Notes: a model not told the origin generated them from the sequence alone. A stretch of 64,000 bases of DNA from Verrucomicrobiia bacterium (GCA_049968335.1 JBMFQZ010000006.1:78961-142960); one strand, 5' to 3'; counted from the stretch's first letter, positions 1 through 10,800 are shown. Translations and numbers: made by a program.

Positions 1-1
1 C

Positions 2-172
2 AAAGCCTGCGGCAAACCAAATTATCAAGAGGAATTGCAGAAAGAACTTGATGAAATTGGCAATTCAGAAATGTGGCAAGCCGGCAAGGCAGTCAGAGAA
101 TTAAGACCAAAAGAACCGGCAAAAGCAATCGCTAAAGGCGCAAAAGGCATCTCTGGCAGAGGTTCAAATTAA
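2..172 (+). CDS. 3' end of an unidentified gene (5' part lies outside the window)
   Basis: The frame is open from the window edge and reads ...KACGKPNYQEELQKELDEIGNSEMWQAGKAVRELRPKEPAKAIAKGAKGISGRGSN, with TAA at 170-172. A hairpin terminator follows. The product was not recognised. Confidence 0.5.
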   Translation, partial: KACGKPNYQEELQKELDEIGNSEMWQAGKAVRELRPKEPAKAIAKGAKGISGRGSN

Positions 173-191
173 TAAAAGATTAATGAATATC

Positions 192-226
192 AAGGGCGGC
201 TGTTTAAAGCCGCCCTTAATTTTTTG
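192..226 (+). terminator. Rho-independent terminator
   Basis: Stem AAGGGCGGC (192-200) pairs with GCCGCCCTT (209-217) and is followed by AATTTTTT. It sits between the converging upstream gene and lemA. Confidence 0.75.
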
Positions 227-249
227 ATGCTGGGTTTGGGGGTTAGTGA

Positions 250-804
250 TTAAAATTGAACCTTTGGCGGTTCTTTCTGGTCCTGCGGGATTTCAAAAAA
301 CGGTTCTTTCTCAAAGCCTAAAATTCCCGCAAAGATGACTGCTGGAAATGTTTGAACTGCGGTGTTGAATTCAAGCACAGAATCATTATAAGCCTGCCGC
401 GCAAACGCTACGCGATTTTCCGTGCTTGTTAATTCCTCCTGCAACATACGGAAATTTTGGTCTGCTTTTAAATTTGGATACGCCTCCACAACCGCGAGCA
501 ACCGCGCCAGCGCGCTGCTCAACTCTCCTTCGGCTTTTATGACTTCAGAAGGAATTGTCGCCCGTGTGGCTTTTGAACGCGCTTCAATAACAGATTCAAG
601 TACGCTTTTCTCGTGAGCGGCATAACCTTTGACCGTCTCAACAAGATTCGGTATCAAATCGTGTCTCCGTTTTAACTGAACATCGATTTGAGCCCACGCG
701 TTTTTGACAATCTGCCGCAGCCTGACCAATCGGTTATACAGCGAGACCAAATACAACAGAACAAATAAAAACGCCAGAAAGATTATAACCAAAAGGGTTT
801 TCAT
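250..804 (-). CDS. lemA: LemA family membrane protein
   Basis: It has an N-terminal TM helix followed by YNRLVRLRQIVKNAWAQIDVQLKRRHDLIPNLVETVKGYAAHEKSVLESV, typical of LemA. The start was moved to the MKTLL ATG at 804, inside the 250..846 ORF. Confidence 0.85.
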   Translation of the reverse strand: MKTLLVIIFLAFLFVLLYLVSLYNRLVRLRQIVKNAWAQIDVQLKRRHDLIPNLVETVKGYAAHEKSVLESVIEARSKATRATIPSEVIKAEGELSSALARLLAVVEAYPNLKADQNFRMLQEELTSTENRVAFARQAYNDSVLEFNTAVQTFPAVIFAGILGFEKEPFFEIPQDQKEPPKVQF

Positions 805-860
805 ATTTTTAGCGATTATAATGGATATAAAAATGATTGCAAACAATTAATTAATAAAAA

Positions 861-937
861 TGGGGTGGCAAACGGGACTCGAACCCGCAACAACCAGAGC
901 CACAGTCTGGGGCTCTACCAATTGAGCTATTGCCACC
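861..937 (-). tRNA. tRNA-His (anticodon GTG) with G-1 and encoded CCA
   Basis: The reverse complement folds as a cloverleaf. The acceptor stem is GTGGCAA/TTGCCAC, the anticodon arm is CCAGA-CTGTGGC-TCTGG (GTG), and the T arm is GCGGG-TTCGAGT-CCCGT. An extra 5' G pairs with C73 (a His identity element), and the 3' CCA is present. Confidence 0.9.
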
Positions 938-1107
938 ACTCAAAAAAACAGTAATACTTTTTAAAAAATCGTCAAGCCTTCATATAACAAAACGGTTCGC
1001 GCAATGCAGGGGAGATTGAAAAAAAGAATGTATTTATTAGCAAATTCGGATTGGGGAAATTTATTAGTGATTGGCTTAACAAGCCCTGAAGAAGCCAGAC
1101 ATTTTTA

Positions 1108-1474
1108 GACTGCGACGGCGTGATGTCCTGCATGCGGGAGCAGTCGCGACATCGATTTGTGAGGTAGGGCAACACGAATCAGTGGAATAATAGCAGAACA
1201 ATGGATTTGATTTAATCCCGAATTTGGTATTTTTACCCTAAACCAATTGGACTTGCAAAAATAACAAGTTAATCTTAGCTACCGGGAAAAAGCTATTTTT
1301 TTGTATTGCGGTATTGCTGCGCAGCAGGGCGGCGGCGTTGCCACTATCACTCCAGGTTTGCTTCGTTATTATAAACAATGGGTCATACTATATTGGTCAA
1401 AATAACCCCGAAGGTGGCAAACAATATTCTCTCCCCTGTGTCTCTCTATGTTCTCTGTAGTGAGAAAAATAAAC
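1108..1474 (+). repeat. Intergenic repeat family A, copy 1 (two conserved blocks around a variable core)
   Basis: The left block GACTGCGACGGC...GTCGCGACATCGATTTGTGA...GCAACAC and the right block CCCCGAAGGTGGCAAACAATATTCTCTC..TGTGTCTCT..TCTCTGTAGTGAGAAAAA match 5529-5748 in the same order and orientation. The 972..1175 ORF lies on it and is probably spurious. Confidence 0.7.
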
Positions 1475-1656
1475 CGCAGAAATGACGATATATATACAGA
1501 GGTAACATAATTTCGAAACATTATTATTCTACCAAAAAGAGCATTGTATTTTGATCGTTTTCAAAACCAAATACGGAGTTCAATGCAAATAATCTTGGCT
1601 TTACAAAACAGAATATATTTGATCTTAGAATTATCTTTAAAATGTTATGTAAAGTT

Positions 1657-1935
1657 TTATTTGCCATATTTTTTATAACTTATGTCATAAATTGTATTAT
1701 CATTACATACAGTTAATAAATTATTAAGTGCAATTTTAGTACCTTCTATAAGTATCTTTAAATATTTTTTACTTTCTAAAACATTATGTAAGATAAAATT
1801 GTATTCAACTGTTGTTTTTCGCGCTTCCTCGCTAATAAGTTCGACAAGGAAGTCTCTATCGTTACATGAAAGTCTTCGCTTTGATTTTATTGTTATTAAC
1901 CACATAGCAGTTTTTCTTAAACTGTTAATTTCCAC
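1657..1935 (-). CDS. Hypothetical protein (AT-rich, unrecognised)
   Basis: A 92-aa ORF in a very AT-rich patch with no recognisable motif. It lies directly downstream of a truncated methyltransferase start. Confidence 0.3.
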   Translation of the reverse strand: MEINSLRKTAMWLITIKSKRRLSCNDRDFLVELISEEARKTTVEYNFILHNVLESKKYLKILIEGTKIALNNLLTVCNDNTIYDISYKKYGK

Positions 1936-1993
1936 TTTCCTTCATCTAAGCATATTATTCCTTTTTTTCTTAAAGATTGCTGAGCATTGCGAA

Positions 1994-2119
1994 CTAAATG
2001 TTTCCGTTTTTTCCAAGATGCTGCCCGTTTATTGCTCTATCTATTGAGTCGTCGTCAATTCCTTTCATCCTCTCAATGCAATCAATATTGTAAATGTTAT
2101 TGAACTCTATTTTATTCAT
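1994..2119 (-). pseudogene. Truncated 5' end of a DNA methyltransferase gene (N6/N4 MTase-type N-terminus)
   Basis: A hand-translated 41-codon ORF reads MNKIEFNNIYNIDCIERMKGIDDDSIDRAINGQHLGKNGNI*. The IYN.DC...M..I.D.S(I/V)D string normally precedes the (D/S)PPY motif, but here the frame ends before it (ATG 2119, TAG 1994-1996). Confidence 0.45.
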
Positions 2120-2779
2120 TTTTTAAAAAGCCGTTACACATTCATAATGCATAATAGCACGAATTTAAAATTGTGTAGCTATTTGTTTTTGAATTTTTTG
2201 ATGAATATAAAATTTTCCGTTCTGCTCTGGTAAAAAGGCGGTTGCAAATAAAATTTTTAAAATAATAAGTTCAACCAAATCGTTAGGATTAATAGGCGGT
2301 GTCGCCCGAGCTGTTTATGGCAAAGCCAATAGTCTGTCATCATTGTCCCGCGCCAACGCGCCGCTCAAAAAAACCCGTTTTCATTCACTCGTTTTCAAAC
2401 TCAATTCCCGGCTTCAATAGTGATGATTCATATTCGCAGAAATAGCAAAAATTTGGCTTGCATAATCTCCTTAATGAAATGAAATTAAATTGCAATGTGA
2501 CCGAGGAGAAAATCTGGAAGATTTTAAATGTCGGTCTTAAACCGAACCAATCTGGAGTTTTACAGGTATGAGAATTGCGCATAATAATTTAAAACAGCAG
2601 TAGAAGTAATGATTTACAGGTTAAAGATTATTGGCTTGCGCTTAACGGCATCATCGGTCGGTGCTGTAAAACCGATTATGATCGCTGCTGGATTCAACAA
2701 ATCTGGTTCAGATAGTATGTAGACGAGGCAATGGTTTTTAAACAGTTGAGAATGACAGTTGTTGCTTGAGGAAATAAAG

Positions 2780-5413
2780 ATGTCAACTCAGAATGGAAAC
2801 AAACTAAATTCTCAAGCCATAGTATCTAAGAAGGGTCGCGATGTTAATATCAAACCCTCGCCGCAGATAGTGGAACTTGCCCGCGCGGAGACCAGTGAAG
2901 TCCTTAAAAGACTCCGTTCATCTACTGCGGGTCTCAAACAAGCCGAAATAGAAGAACGACAGGAAACCTATGGCTTAAATGAAATGCCGGGCGAAGTCAA
3001 ACACGGCTGGCTCTGGTTTTTATGGATTGCGCTGCGCAATCCCCTTGTGATTTTACTGAGCGCTCTGGCGACCGTTTCTTTTGTAATGGGTGATATTCGG
3101 GCAGGGACGGTGATGAGTATAATGGTGGCAATCGGTGTTTTGCTCAGGTTGATTCAGGAGGTTCGCGCCGATTCTGCCGCGGAGAAATTGAAAGCGATGA
3201 TAAAAGTTACCGCAACTGTCATCAGAGACGGTTCGGCGCAGGAAATTCCACTAAAAGAACTTGTTCCCGGCGATATTGTTAAACTTTCCGCAGGTGATAT
3301 GATCCCTGCCGACATTCGTATTATCTCTTCAAAAGACCTTTTTATAAACCAGGCAACGATGACCGGCGAATCTATTCCTGTGGAGAAATCGGATGCGCGG
3401 GAAACGCGGGACAACATATCGCCGTTTGAGTTTTGCAACATCTGTTTTCTTGGAACGAGCGTGGAGAGCGGCAGCGCAACGGGCGTAGTTGTGGCAACTG
3501 GGGCTCAAACCTATTTCGGGAAGATGGCGGCAACTCTGTCGGGTCAGCAAATTGAAACCAGTTTTGACAAAGGGGTTAAACGGTTCACCTGGATGATGAT
3601 AACATTTATGGCGGTAATGGTTCCGCTGGTATTTTTGATAAACGGACTTACCAAAGGCAACTGGGGCGATGCTTTCTTCTTTGCGCTTGCAGTCGCCGTG
3701 GGGTTGACACCGGAAATGCTGCCAATGATTGTCTCGGTCAGTCTCTCAAGCGGCGCAATTATGATGTCGCGCAAAAAAGTTATCGTAAAAAGGCTTAATT
3801 CTATACAGAACTTCGGCGCTATGGATATTCTTTGCACCGACAAGACAGGGACTCTCACCATTGACCACGTTATTCTGGAACAGCATTGCGATGTGGTTAG
3901 AAGAGAGGATGAGGAGGTCCTTCTTTATGCTTATCTTATCAGCCATTTTCAAACTGGACTCAAGAGCGTGCTTGACCGCGCAATTCTTGACCATCGAGAA
4001 GAAATTCATCAGCAGAAAGGCGTGGAGCGGTATCAAAAAGTTGACGAAATCCCCTTTGATTTTCTGCGGCGGATGATGTCTGTGGTGGTGCAAATGCCCG
4101 ATGGCAAGCATCGTTTGCTCACAAAAGGAGCGCCGGAAGAAATTTTCCGCCGCTGCGCTAAGTTTGAAATTGATGGCGAAATTCTTCCCATTGAACCGAT
4201 TCTGGTTGTTGATTTGCAAGAAGAATACCGAAGATTAAGCGCCGATGGTTTTCGCGTCCTTGCTCTGGCTTACAAAGATGTTGACCGCCGCTCCTCTTAT
4301 TCAAAAGACGATGAACAGGACCTTGTCCTTAAAGGATACGTTGCGTTTTTAGACCCGCCAAAAGGCAGCGCCAGACCTGCAATCGCCGCGCTGCAAACGC
4401 ACGGCGTAACAGTAAAAATCCTCACCGGCGACAATGACCTTGTCACCAAAAAAGTTTGCCACGACGTTGGGCTTTCAACCGACCGTATCCTGACAGGAAC
4501 AGAAGTCCAGAAAATGTCCGATGAACAACTCTGCTTTGAACTTGAAACAACGAATATATTCGCGCGTCTCACGCCATCGGACAAACAGCGAATTGTTCAA
4601 CTCTTGCGGGCGAAGGGGCACGTCGTCGGATTTTTAGGCGATGGAATTAATGACGCCCCTGCCCTGCGCGCTGCCGATGTCGGCATATCTGTGGATACCG
4701 CTGTTGACATCGCAAAAGAGTCCGCAGACATTATCTTGCTTGAAAAAAGCCTGATGGTTCTGGAAGAAGGCGTGCTGGAAGGCAGAAAAGTCTTTTCCAA
4801 CATCGTTAAATATATACGGATGGGCGCAAGCTCAAATTTCGGTAATATGTTCAGCGTTCTTGGCGCAAGCGCCTTTCTACCATTCCTGCCAATGACACCT
4901 ATCCAGATTCTTACAAACAATCTGCTATACGATTTTTCTCAAGTTCCTATCCCCACAGACAATGTTGACAGAGAGCAAATCTCAAAACCGCGTCCCTGGT
5001 CGATGAGTGAAATCGCAAAATTCATCCTTTTCATCGGTCCTATTAGTTCAATCTTTGACTACATCACCTATTTTGTAATGCTCTATGTTTTTAACTGCTG
5101 GGACCCATCACGGGCGTCTCTATTTCAAACAGGCTGGTTTGTAGAATCGCTTATGACGCAAACGCTCATCATCCACATAATCAGGACAAACAAAATACCG
5201 TTCATACAAAGTATGCCAAGCGTTCCGCTTGTTTTAACATCAATTATTATCATCGGCATCGGAAGCGTCTTGCCATATTCCGCTCTTGCATCATCATTAG
5301 GATTTACTCCGTTGCCGTTGCTTTACTGGCCTATCTTATTTTCAATAATCTTCTGCTACCTGTTGCTAACTCAATCCGTGAAGACCATTTTGTTGCGGAA
5401 AAACTGGATTTGA
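2780..5413 (+). CDS. mgtA: Magnesium-translocating P-type ATPase
   Basis: It carries DKTGTLT, TGDN and GDGINDAPAL plus the MgtA-type N-terminus (LNEMPGEVKHGWLWFLWIALRNPLVILL). The start was set to the ATG at 2780 (MSTQNG) inside the TTG-initiated ORF. Confidence 0.9.
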   Translation: MSTQNGNKLNSQAIVSKKGRDVNIKPSPQIVELARAETSEVLKRLRSSTAGLKQAEIEERQETYGLNEMPGEVKHGWLWFLWIALRNPLVILLSALATVSFVMGDIRAGTVMSIMVAIGVLLRLIQEVRADSAAEKLKAMIKVTATVIRDGSAQEIPLKELVPGDIVKLSAGDMIPADIRIISSKDLFINQATMTGESIPVEKSDARETRDNISPFEFCNICFLGTSVESGSATGVVVATGAQTYFGKMAATLSGQQIETSFDKGVKRFTWMMITFMAVMVPLVFLINGLTKGNWGDAFFFALAVAVGLTPEMLPMIVSVSLSSGAIMMSRKKVIVKRLNSIQNFGAMDILCTDKTGTLTIDHVILEQHCDVVRREDEEVLLYAYLISHFQTGLKSVLDRAILDHREEIHQQKGVERYQKVDEIPFDFLRRMMSVVVQMPDGKHRLLTKGAPEEIFRRCAKFEIDGEILPIEPILVVDLQEEYRRLSADGFRVLALAYKDVDRRSSYSKDDEQDLVLKGYVAFLDPPKGSARPAIAALQTHGVTVKILTGDNDLVTKKVCHDVGLSTDRILTGTEVQKMSDEQLCFELETTNIFARLTPSDKQRIVQLLRAKGHVVGFLGDGINDAPALRAADVGISVDTAVDIAKESADIILLEKSLMVLEEGVLEGRKVFSNIVKYIRMGASSNFGNMFSVLGASAFLPFLPMTPIQILTNNLLYDFSQVPIPTDNVDREQISKPRPWSMSEIAKFILFIGPISSIFDYITYFVMLYVFNCWDPSRASLFQTGWFVESLMTQTLIIHIIRTNKIPFIQSMPSVPLVLTSIIIIGIGSVLPYSALASSLGFTPLPLLYWPILFSIIFCYLLLTQSVKTILLRKNWI

Positions 5414-5528
5414 TTTATCAAATTAAATAAACCGACATTGAATAGTTATAGAAGAGTGAATGGATGCATATTCGGGTGAAGTTAAATTTTTGAAAGTATT
5501 TTTATAACCAGTAACAAATTAAATTTTG

Positions 5529-5748
5529 GACTGCGGTGGCAAGGCCGCAAGAGCGGTCGCGACACCGCTTTGTGAATTTTGACAACACAAAGGCAAAAGA
5601 GTAATGCCAGAATTAATAAATTAAATCTGCTCAATGTTTTATATTTTTATCACAATATGGTCTTGCTAAATTGATAAGAACGCCCCGAAGGGAGCAAACA
5701 ATATTCCACTTCTCTGCGCCGCTCTGTGTCCTCTGTGGTAAAAACCCC
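5529..5748 (+). repeat. Intergenic repeat family A, copy 2
   Basis: GACTGCGGTGGC...GGTCGCGACACCGCTTTGTGA...GACAACAC and CCCCGAAGGGAGCAAACAATATTCCAC..CTCTGTGTCCTCTGTGGTAAAAA are collinear with 1108-1474. Confidence 0.7.
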
Positions 5749-5859
5749 TTGTTCACTACTCCGGATTCAGGCTTAATTAATTAAATTGCAATTTTGGGCA
5801 AAAGCATTAATATTTCTCTATTGTGGCGTAATAGTCACTTTAAGAAATTTTTAAAGATA

Positions 5860-5888
5860 AAGCCTTGATACAGGACAAGGCTTTTTTA
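5860..5888 (+). terminator. Terminator-like hairpin about 60 nt upstream of thrS
   Basis: AAGCCTTG (5860-5867) pairs with CAAGGCTT (5876-5883) and runs into TTTTTT. No upstream gene is on this strand, so it may be a leader or attenuator, or the end of a repeat-borne transcript. Confidence 0.45.
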
Positions 5889-5949
5889 TTACTATGATTG
5901 AGTAAATTGATGTTACAACGACCGGCGTAACTAAAAGATTTTAAATTTT

Positions 5950-7797
5950 ATGGAAGCCGCAAAAAATGCAGTGGAACGAAAAAGTTTAGAACAGCGGGAG
6001 AAGATGAGCGAGATTGAACGGCTCCGCCATTCTGCCGCTCACATTATGGCAGCAGCAGTGTTAAGATTGTGGCCTAATGCCAAATTAGATATTGGTCCGG
6101 CAACAGAAGAGGGGTTTTATTATGATTTTGACCTGCCTGACCATCGGTTCACACCGGATGATTTTCCGAAGATTGAAGAGGAGATGCGCAAAATTGTTAA
6201 GGAGAATCACCGCTTTGAAAAATTTGTCAAGACCCGCGAGGAGGCAAAGGCGCTTCTGGAACAAAAGGGACAGACATATAAGATTGACAGGTTGAACGAT
6301 ATTCCAGAAGGCGAGCCAATCTCATTTTATCAGAGCGGCGAGTTTGTTGACCTTTGCGCCGGACCGCATGTGATGCGAACAGGAAACGTGAAGGCGTTTA
6401 AACTCCTGCGCGTTGCCGCCGCATACTATCGCGGGAACGAAAAAAATCCGCAACTTCAGCGAATTTACGGCACAGCTTTTCCGACAAAGGCTGAACTTGA
6501 AGAATGGCTTAAGGCTCAAGAGGAGGCTAAAAAACGGGACCACCGCAGGATCGGAAAGGAAATGCAGATATTTCTCTTTGACGATGATGTTGGACCTGGG
6601 CTTCCGTTGTGGATGCCTAATGGGGCGGTGATTGCTGAAGAACTCGAAAAACTGGCAAAAGAGACCGAGTTTCTCGCCGGCTATGTTCGCGTTCGCACGC
6701 CGCATCTGGCAAAAGAGTCAATGTATCTTACCAGCGGTCATTTGCCGTATTACGCCGAGAGTATGTTTCCGCCGATGGAGTTGAAGGAATACGATGAAAA
6801 CGGTCAGGTTAAATCGGTTGAAAAATATTATTTAAAAGCGATGAACTGCCCTCATCATCATAAAATATTCGCTGCTGTCCCGCGCAGTTATCGCGACTTG
6901 CCTTTGCGGCTGGCTGAATATGGCACCTGTTATAGATACGAAAAAAGCGGCGAATTAATGGGGCTAATGCGGGTAAGGTCTATGCAGATGAACGACGCCC
7001 ATATTTACTGCACACCGGAGCAATTTGCGGATGAATTCAAGGCGGTAAATGAGATGTATTTGAAATATTTCAAAATTTTCGGGTTTAAGAAATATCTGAT
7101 GCGCTTCAGCACGCACGATCCGTCGCGGTTGGGGCAAAAGTATGTGAATGAACCGGAGCTGTGGCTCAAAACTGAGGAAATGGTGCGAAAGGTTTTGAAC
7201 GATTCTGGCATTGAGTATGTTGAAGTTCCAAATGAAGCCGCGTTTTACGGTCCAAAAATTGATGTTCAAATCTGGAGCATTAGCGGCAGAGAGTTTACTA
7301 TTGCCACAAATCAGGTGGACTTTGCTGTTCCACGCCGATTCGGGCTTGTTTATCGGGACAAAGACAATACTGACAAGACTCCTATTGTAATTCACCGCGC
7401 GCCGCTGGGAACTCACGAACGGTTTATTGGATTTTTGATTGAGCATTACGCCGGCAATTTCCCTCTCTGGCTCGCGCCTGAACAGGTTCGCGTGCTTCCT
7501 GTTACCGAAAACCAGATACAGTATGCCGAAGAGATTGTTAAACAGTTGAGATCAAATCTTGTTCGGGCAACCATTGAATTTAGCAACGATAAGTTGCAGG
7601 GCAGAATATTGCGCGCCGAAGAAGCCCGCGCCGGCATAATGTTAATAGTCGGACAGCGGGAGCAACAGGCAGGCACAGTTGCTGTCAGAATTCATACTAA
7701 AGGCGATCAGGGGGCGCATCCGCTCCCGGTGGTGATTGACACGATTCTGAACGCCATCAAAGAAAGAACGCCGGAAGTGGTTTTGAAAAAGAGTTAA
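5950..7797 (+). CDS. thrS: Threonine--tRNA ligase lacking the N-terminal TGS domain
   Basis: The editing-domain motif RHSAAHIMAAAVLRLWP sits at residues 26-42, followed by DLCAGPHV and the class II core CYRYEKSGELMGLMRVRSMQMNDAHIYC. An in-frame TAA lies 18 nt upstream of the ATG. Confidence 0.9.
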   Translation: MEAAKNAVERKSLEQREKMSEIERLRHSAAHIMAAAVLRLWPNAKLDIGPATEEGFYYDFDLPDHRFTPDDFPKIEEEMRKIVKENHRFEKFVKTREEAKALLEQKGQTYKIDRLNDIPEGEPISFYQSGEFVDLCAGPHVMRTGNVKAFKLLRVAAAYYRGNEKNPQLQRIYGTAFPTKAELEEWLKAQEEAKKRDHRRIGKEMQIFLFDDDVGPGLPLWMPNGAVIAEELEKLAKETEFLAGYVRVRTPHLAKESMYLTSGHLPYYAESMFPPMELKEYDENGQVKSVEKYYLKAMNCPHHHKIFAAVPRSYRDLPLRLAEYGTCYRYEKSGELMGLMRVRSMQMNDAHIYCTPEQFADEFKAVNEMYLKYFKIFGFKKYLMRFSTHDPSRLGQKYVNEPELWLKTEEMVRKVLNDSGIEYVEVPNEAAFYGPKIDVQIWSISGREFTIATNQVDFAVPRRFGLVYRDKDNTDKTPIVIHRAPLGTHERFIGFLIEHYAGNFPLWLAPEQVRVLPVTENQIQYAEEIVKQLRSNLVRATIEFSNDKLQGRILRAEEARAGIMLIVGQREQQAGTVAVRIHTKGDQGAHPLPVVIDTILNAIKERTPEVVLKKS

Positions 7798-7894
7798 CCG
7801 CAAATTTCATTATCATTTTGCGCTGCCTTTGATGTTGCAATATAAATAATTGCATTTTAAACGGTTCGGACTTTAAATTTTTGACTAACAATTT

Positions 7895-10800
7895 ATGGCA
7901 AACCGAAAGTTATATCCTTTTGATGTAATTGAGAAAAAATGGCATAAAATCTGGGAAGAAGAACAGCCGTTTCGCGCGTGGAACCCGGGCGAGCGGATTC
8001 CCGAACAACATCCGTTCGGGAAAAGACACAATCTTGCGGGAAAGGTTGTAAGCCAGCAGGATTTGCCGCCAAAGTTTTATGTGCTTGATATGTTTCCCTA
8101 TCCAAGCGGCGCTGGTCTTCACGTTGGACATCCCGAGGGTTACACCGCAACGGATATAATCGCAAGATATAAACGCGCCCGCGGTTTTCACGTATTGCAT
8201 CCGATGGGGTGGGATGCCTTCGGTTTGCCCGCTGAACAATACGCTATCAAAACAGGACAGCATCCAAGGATAACAACCGAAAAAAATATCGCAAACTTCC
8301 GCAGACAGATAAAAGCGCTCGGTTTTAGTTACGACTGGTCTCGCGAGATTGATACCACCGACCCGAAATATTACAAATGGACTCAATGGATATTTTTGCA
8401 GTTGTATAACTCCTGGTTCAATCCTGAAACCAATAAAGCCGAACCGATATCAACCTTAAAATATCCGCCGGAATTAAAAACCGAAGAAGAACGGCGAGCC
8501 TACCGCGATAGCAAGCGGCTTGCGTATGTGGCGGAGATGCCCGTCTGGTGGTGCGAGGAATTGGGGACAGTGCTTGCAAACGAAGAGGTCATTGATGGCA
8601 AGAGCGAGGTTGGCGGTTTTCCAGTTGTTCGCAAGCCGATGAGACAATGGATGTTGCGAATAACCGCGTATGCCGAGAGATTATTGAAAGACCTTGATAC
8701 AATTGAATGGAGCGAATCGCTCAAAGAGATGCAGCGGAACTGGATCGGCAGGAGCGAAGGGGCAGAAGTTGTATTTGAAGTAGTTGATGACGGCGCGTTG
8801 AAACTTTCATCTGAAGAGCGAAAAATCACGGTATTTACAACCAGACCGGACACATTGTTTGGCGCGACCTATATGGTTCTGGCGCCTGAACATAAACTGG
8901 TTGATAAAATCATCCCTCCCCACTGGCCTGAAGGGACGCCAGAACTATGGAAAGGGGCTGACCCGGCATCAACATCAACCCCGGCGCAGGCTGTCAGGGC
9001 ATATAAGGCTTACGCGGCGTCAAAAAGCGACCTTGAAAGAACAGAACTTTCAAAAGAAAAAACAGGCGTCTTTACCGGTTCCTACGCGATAAATCCTGTC
9101 AATGGCGAAAAAATCCCCATCTGGATTGCCGATTATGTTCTTGCCACTTACGGGACAGGCGCAATTATGGCGGTACCAGCGCACGACACACGCGACCTTG
9201 AATTTGCAAAAAAATTCAACCTTCCTATTCGTGTGGTTGTGCAACCAGCGGATAGTAAAGTTGACCCGATAGGATTTGTTGACGACGGCATCAGCGTCAA
9301 TTCTGGCTTGATAAGCGGTCTGCCGACACCGCAGGCAAAACAAAAAATCATTCAATGGCTTGAACAACAGGGCAAAGGAAAGAAAACTATCAATTACAAA
9401 CTCCGCGACTGGCTATTTAGCAGACAACGTTACTGGGGCGAACCGTTCCCGATAATCTGGAAAGACGGCAAACACGAGCCGCTACCGGAGAGTGAATTGC
9501 CGCTTGTTCCGCCGCCGCTTGACGATTATAAACCGACGCCGAATGGAGACCCGCCGCTTGCGCGCGCAAAAGATTGGGTTAATCTGCCGGATGGTTCAAA
9601 ACGGGAGACAAATACTATGCCGCAATGGGCGGGAAGTTGCTGGTATTATTTGAGATATCTTGATGCCAGTAACGACAAACAATTTTGCAGCCCGCAATCC
9701 GAGCAATACTGGATGGACGGGGCAAATTGTCAGGGCAAGGGAAAGGTTTGTCCGGGCGTTGACCTGTATGTTGGCGGCACAGAACACGCAGTTCTGCACC
9801 TGCTTTACGCCCGATTCTGGCATAAAGTCCTTTATGACCTTGGCTTCGTCTCTACGCCGGAGCCGTTTTATAAACTTGTCAACCAGGGACTAATTCTTGG
9901 CGAAACCGAATACACGCTCTTCACCTATCCGGACGGCTCTTATTGCAGCGCGTCGGAATTGCGCGATATATCCGAAGAGGCTACCCCGCGCGGTCCGGTT
10001 ATGATCGGATATCATAAGGTTACCGGCGAGAAACTTTACGGTAAAAAAATCAGCGAAGACCATGTGGAAAAGTCCGCAGACGGTTTTGTTTTAAAAACAG
10101 ATAAATCGATAAAGGTTGACGCGCGCAGTTTTAAGATGAGCAAGAGCCGCGGCAACGTTATAAACCCCGACACTGTTCTTGCCGAGTATGGCGCCGACGC
10201 GTTCCGTTTATATGAAATGTTTATGGGACCGCTCGAAATGGTTAAACCGTGGAGCACCCGCGGCGTGGAAGGCGTTTATAGGTTCTTAGGTCGCGTCTGG
10301 AGATTGTTCATTGATGAAAAAAGTTATATTGAGTTTGAACAATCTCTAACAGCGAATCCGGATAAAGCCGAAGAGTTGCTAAAAAACTTGAAACTCTCTG
10401 ATTCTATTAAAAACATTGAACCTGACCAGCAACAACTGAAAGTCCTGCACACCTGCATTAAAAAGGTAACCGAAGATTTAGAAGGTATGCGGTTCAACAC
10501 AGCCATCTCGGCGCTGATGGTATTTATTAACGAGGCAAGCGCTTGGGAGGTTAAACCGGTCTCGGTGTTGCGCGATTTCTTAATCTTGCTCCAGCCGTTT
10601 GCCCCGCATATCGCGGAAGAATTGTGGGATAAATTGCTATCTCAAGCGGGAATGAAACCGGCTATTGAAGCCGTTGCCCTTTGTTATCAACCCTGGCTTG
10701 ATTACGACCCGCAGATGCTTGTGGAAAACACAATGGAAATCCCGGTTCAGGTCAACGGCAAACTGCGCGATGTAATCAAAATTGACGCAAACGCCTCACA

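Noticed and set aside
972-1175. The 67-aa ORF 972..1175
   Set aside because: Part of it lies on the left block of repeat family A. Repeat-derived pseudo-peptides of this kind are typical annotation artefacts.
2130-2779. A Mg2+ riboswitch (M-box) or mgtL-type leader upstream of mgtA
   Set aside because: I could not recognise the conserved M-box core sequences by eye. A covariance-model scan (Rfam) would be needed.
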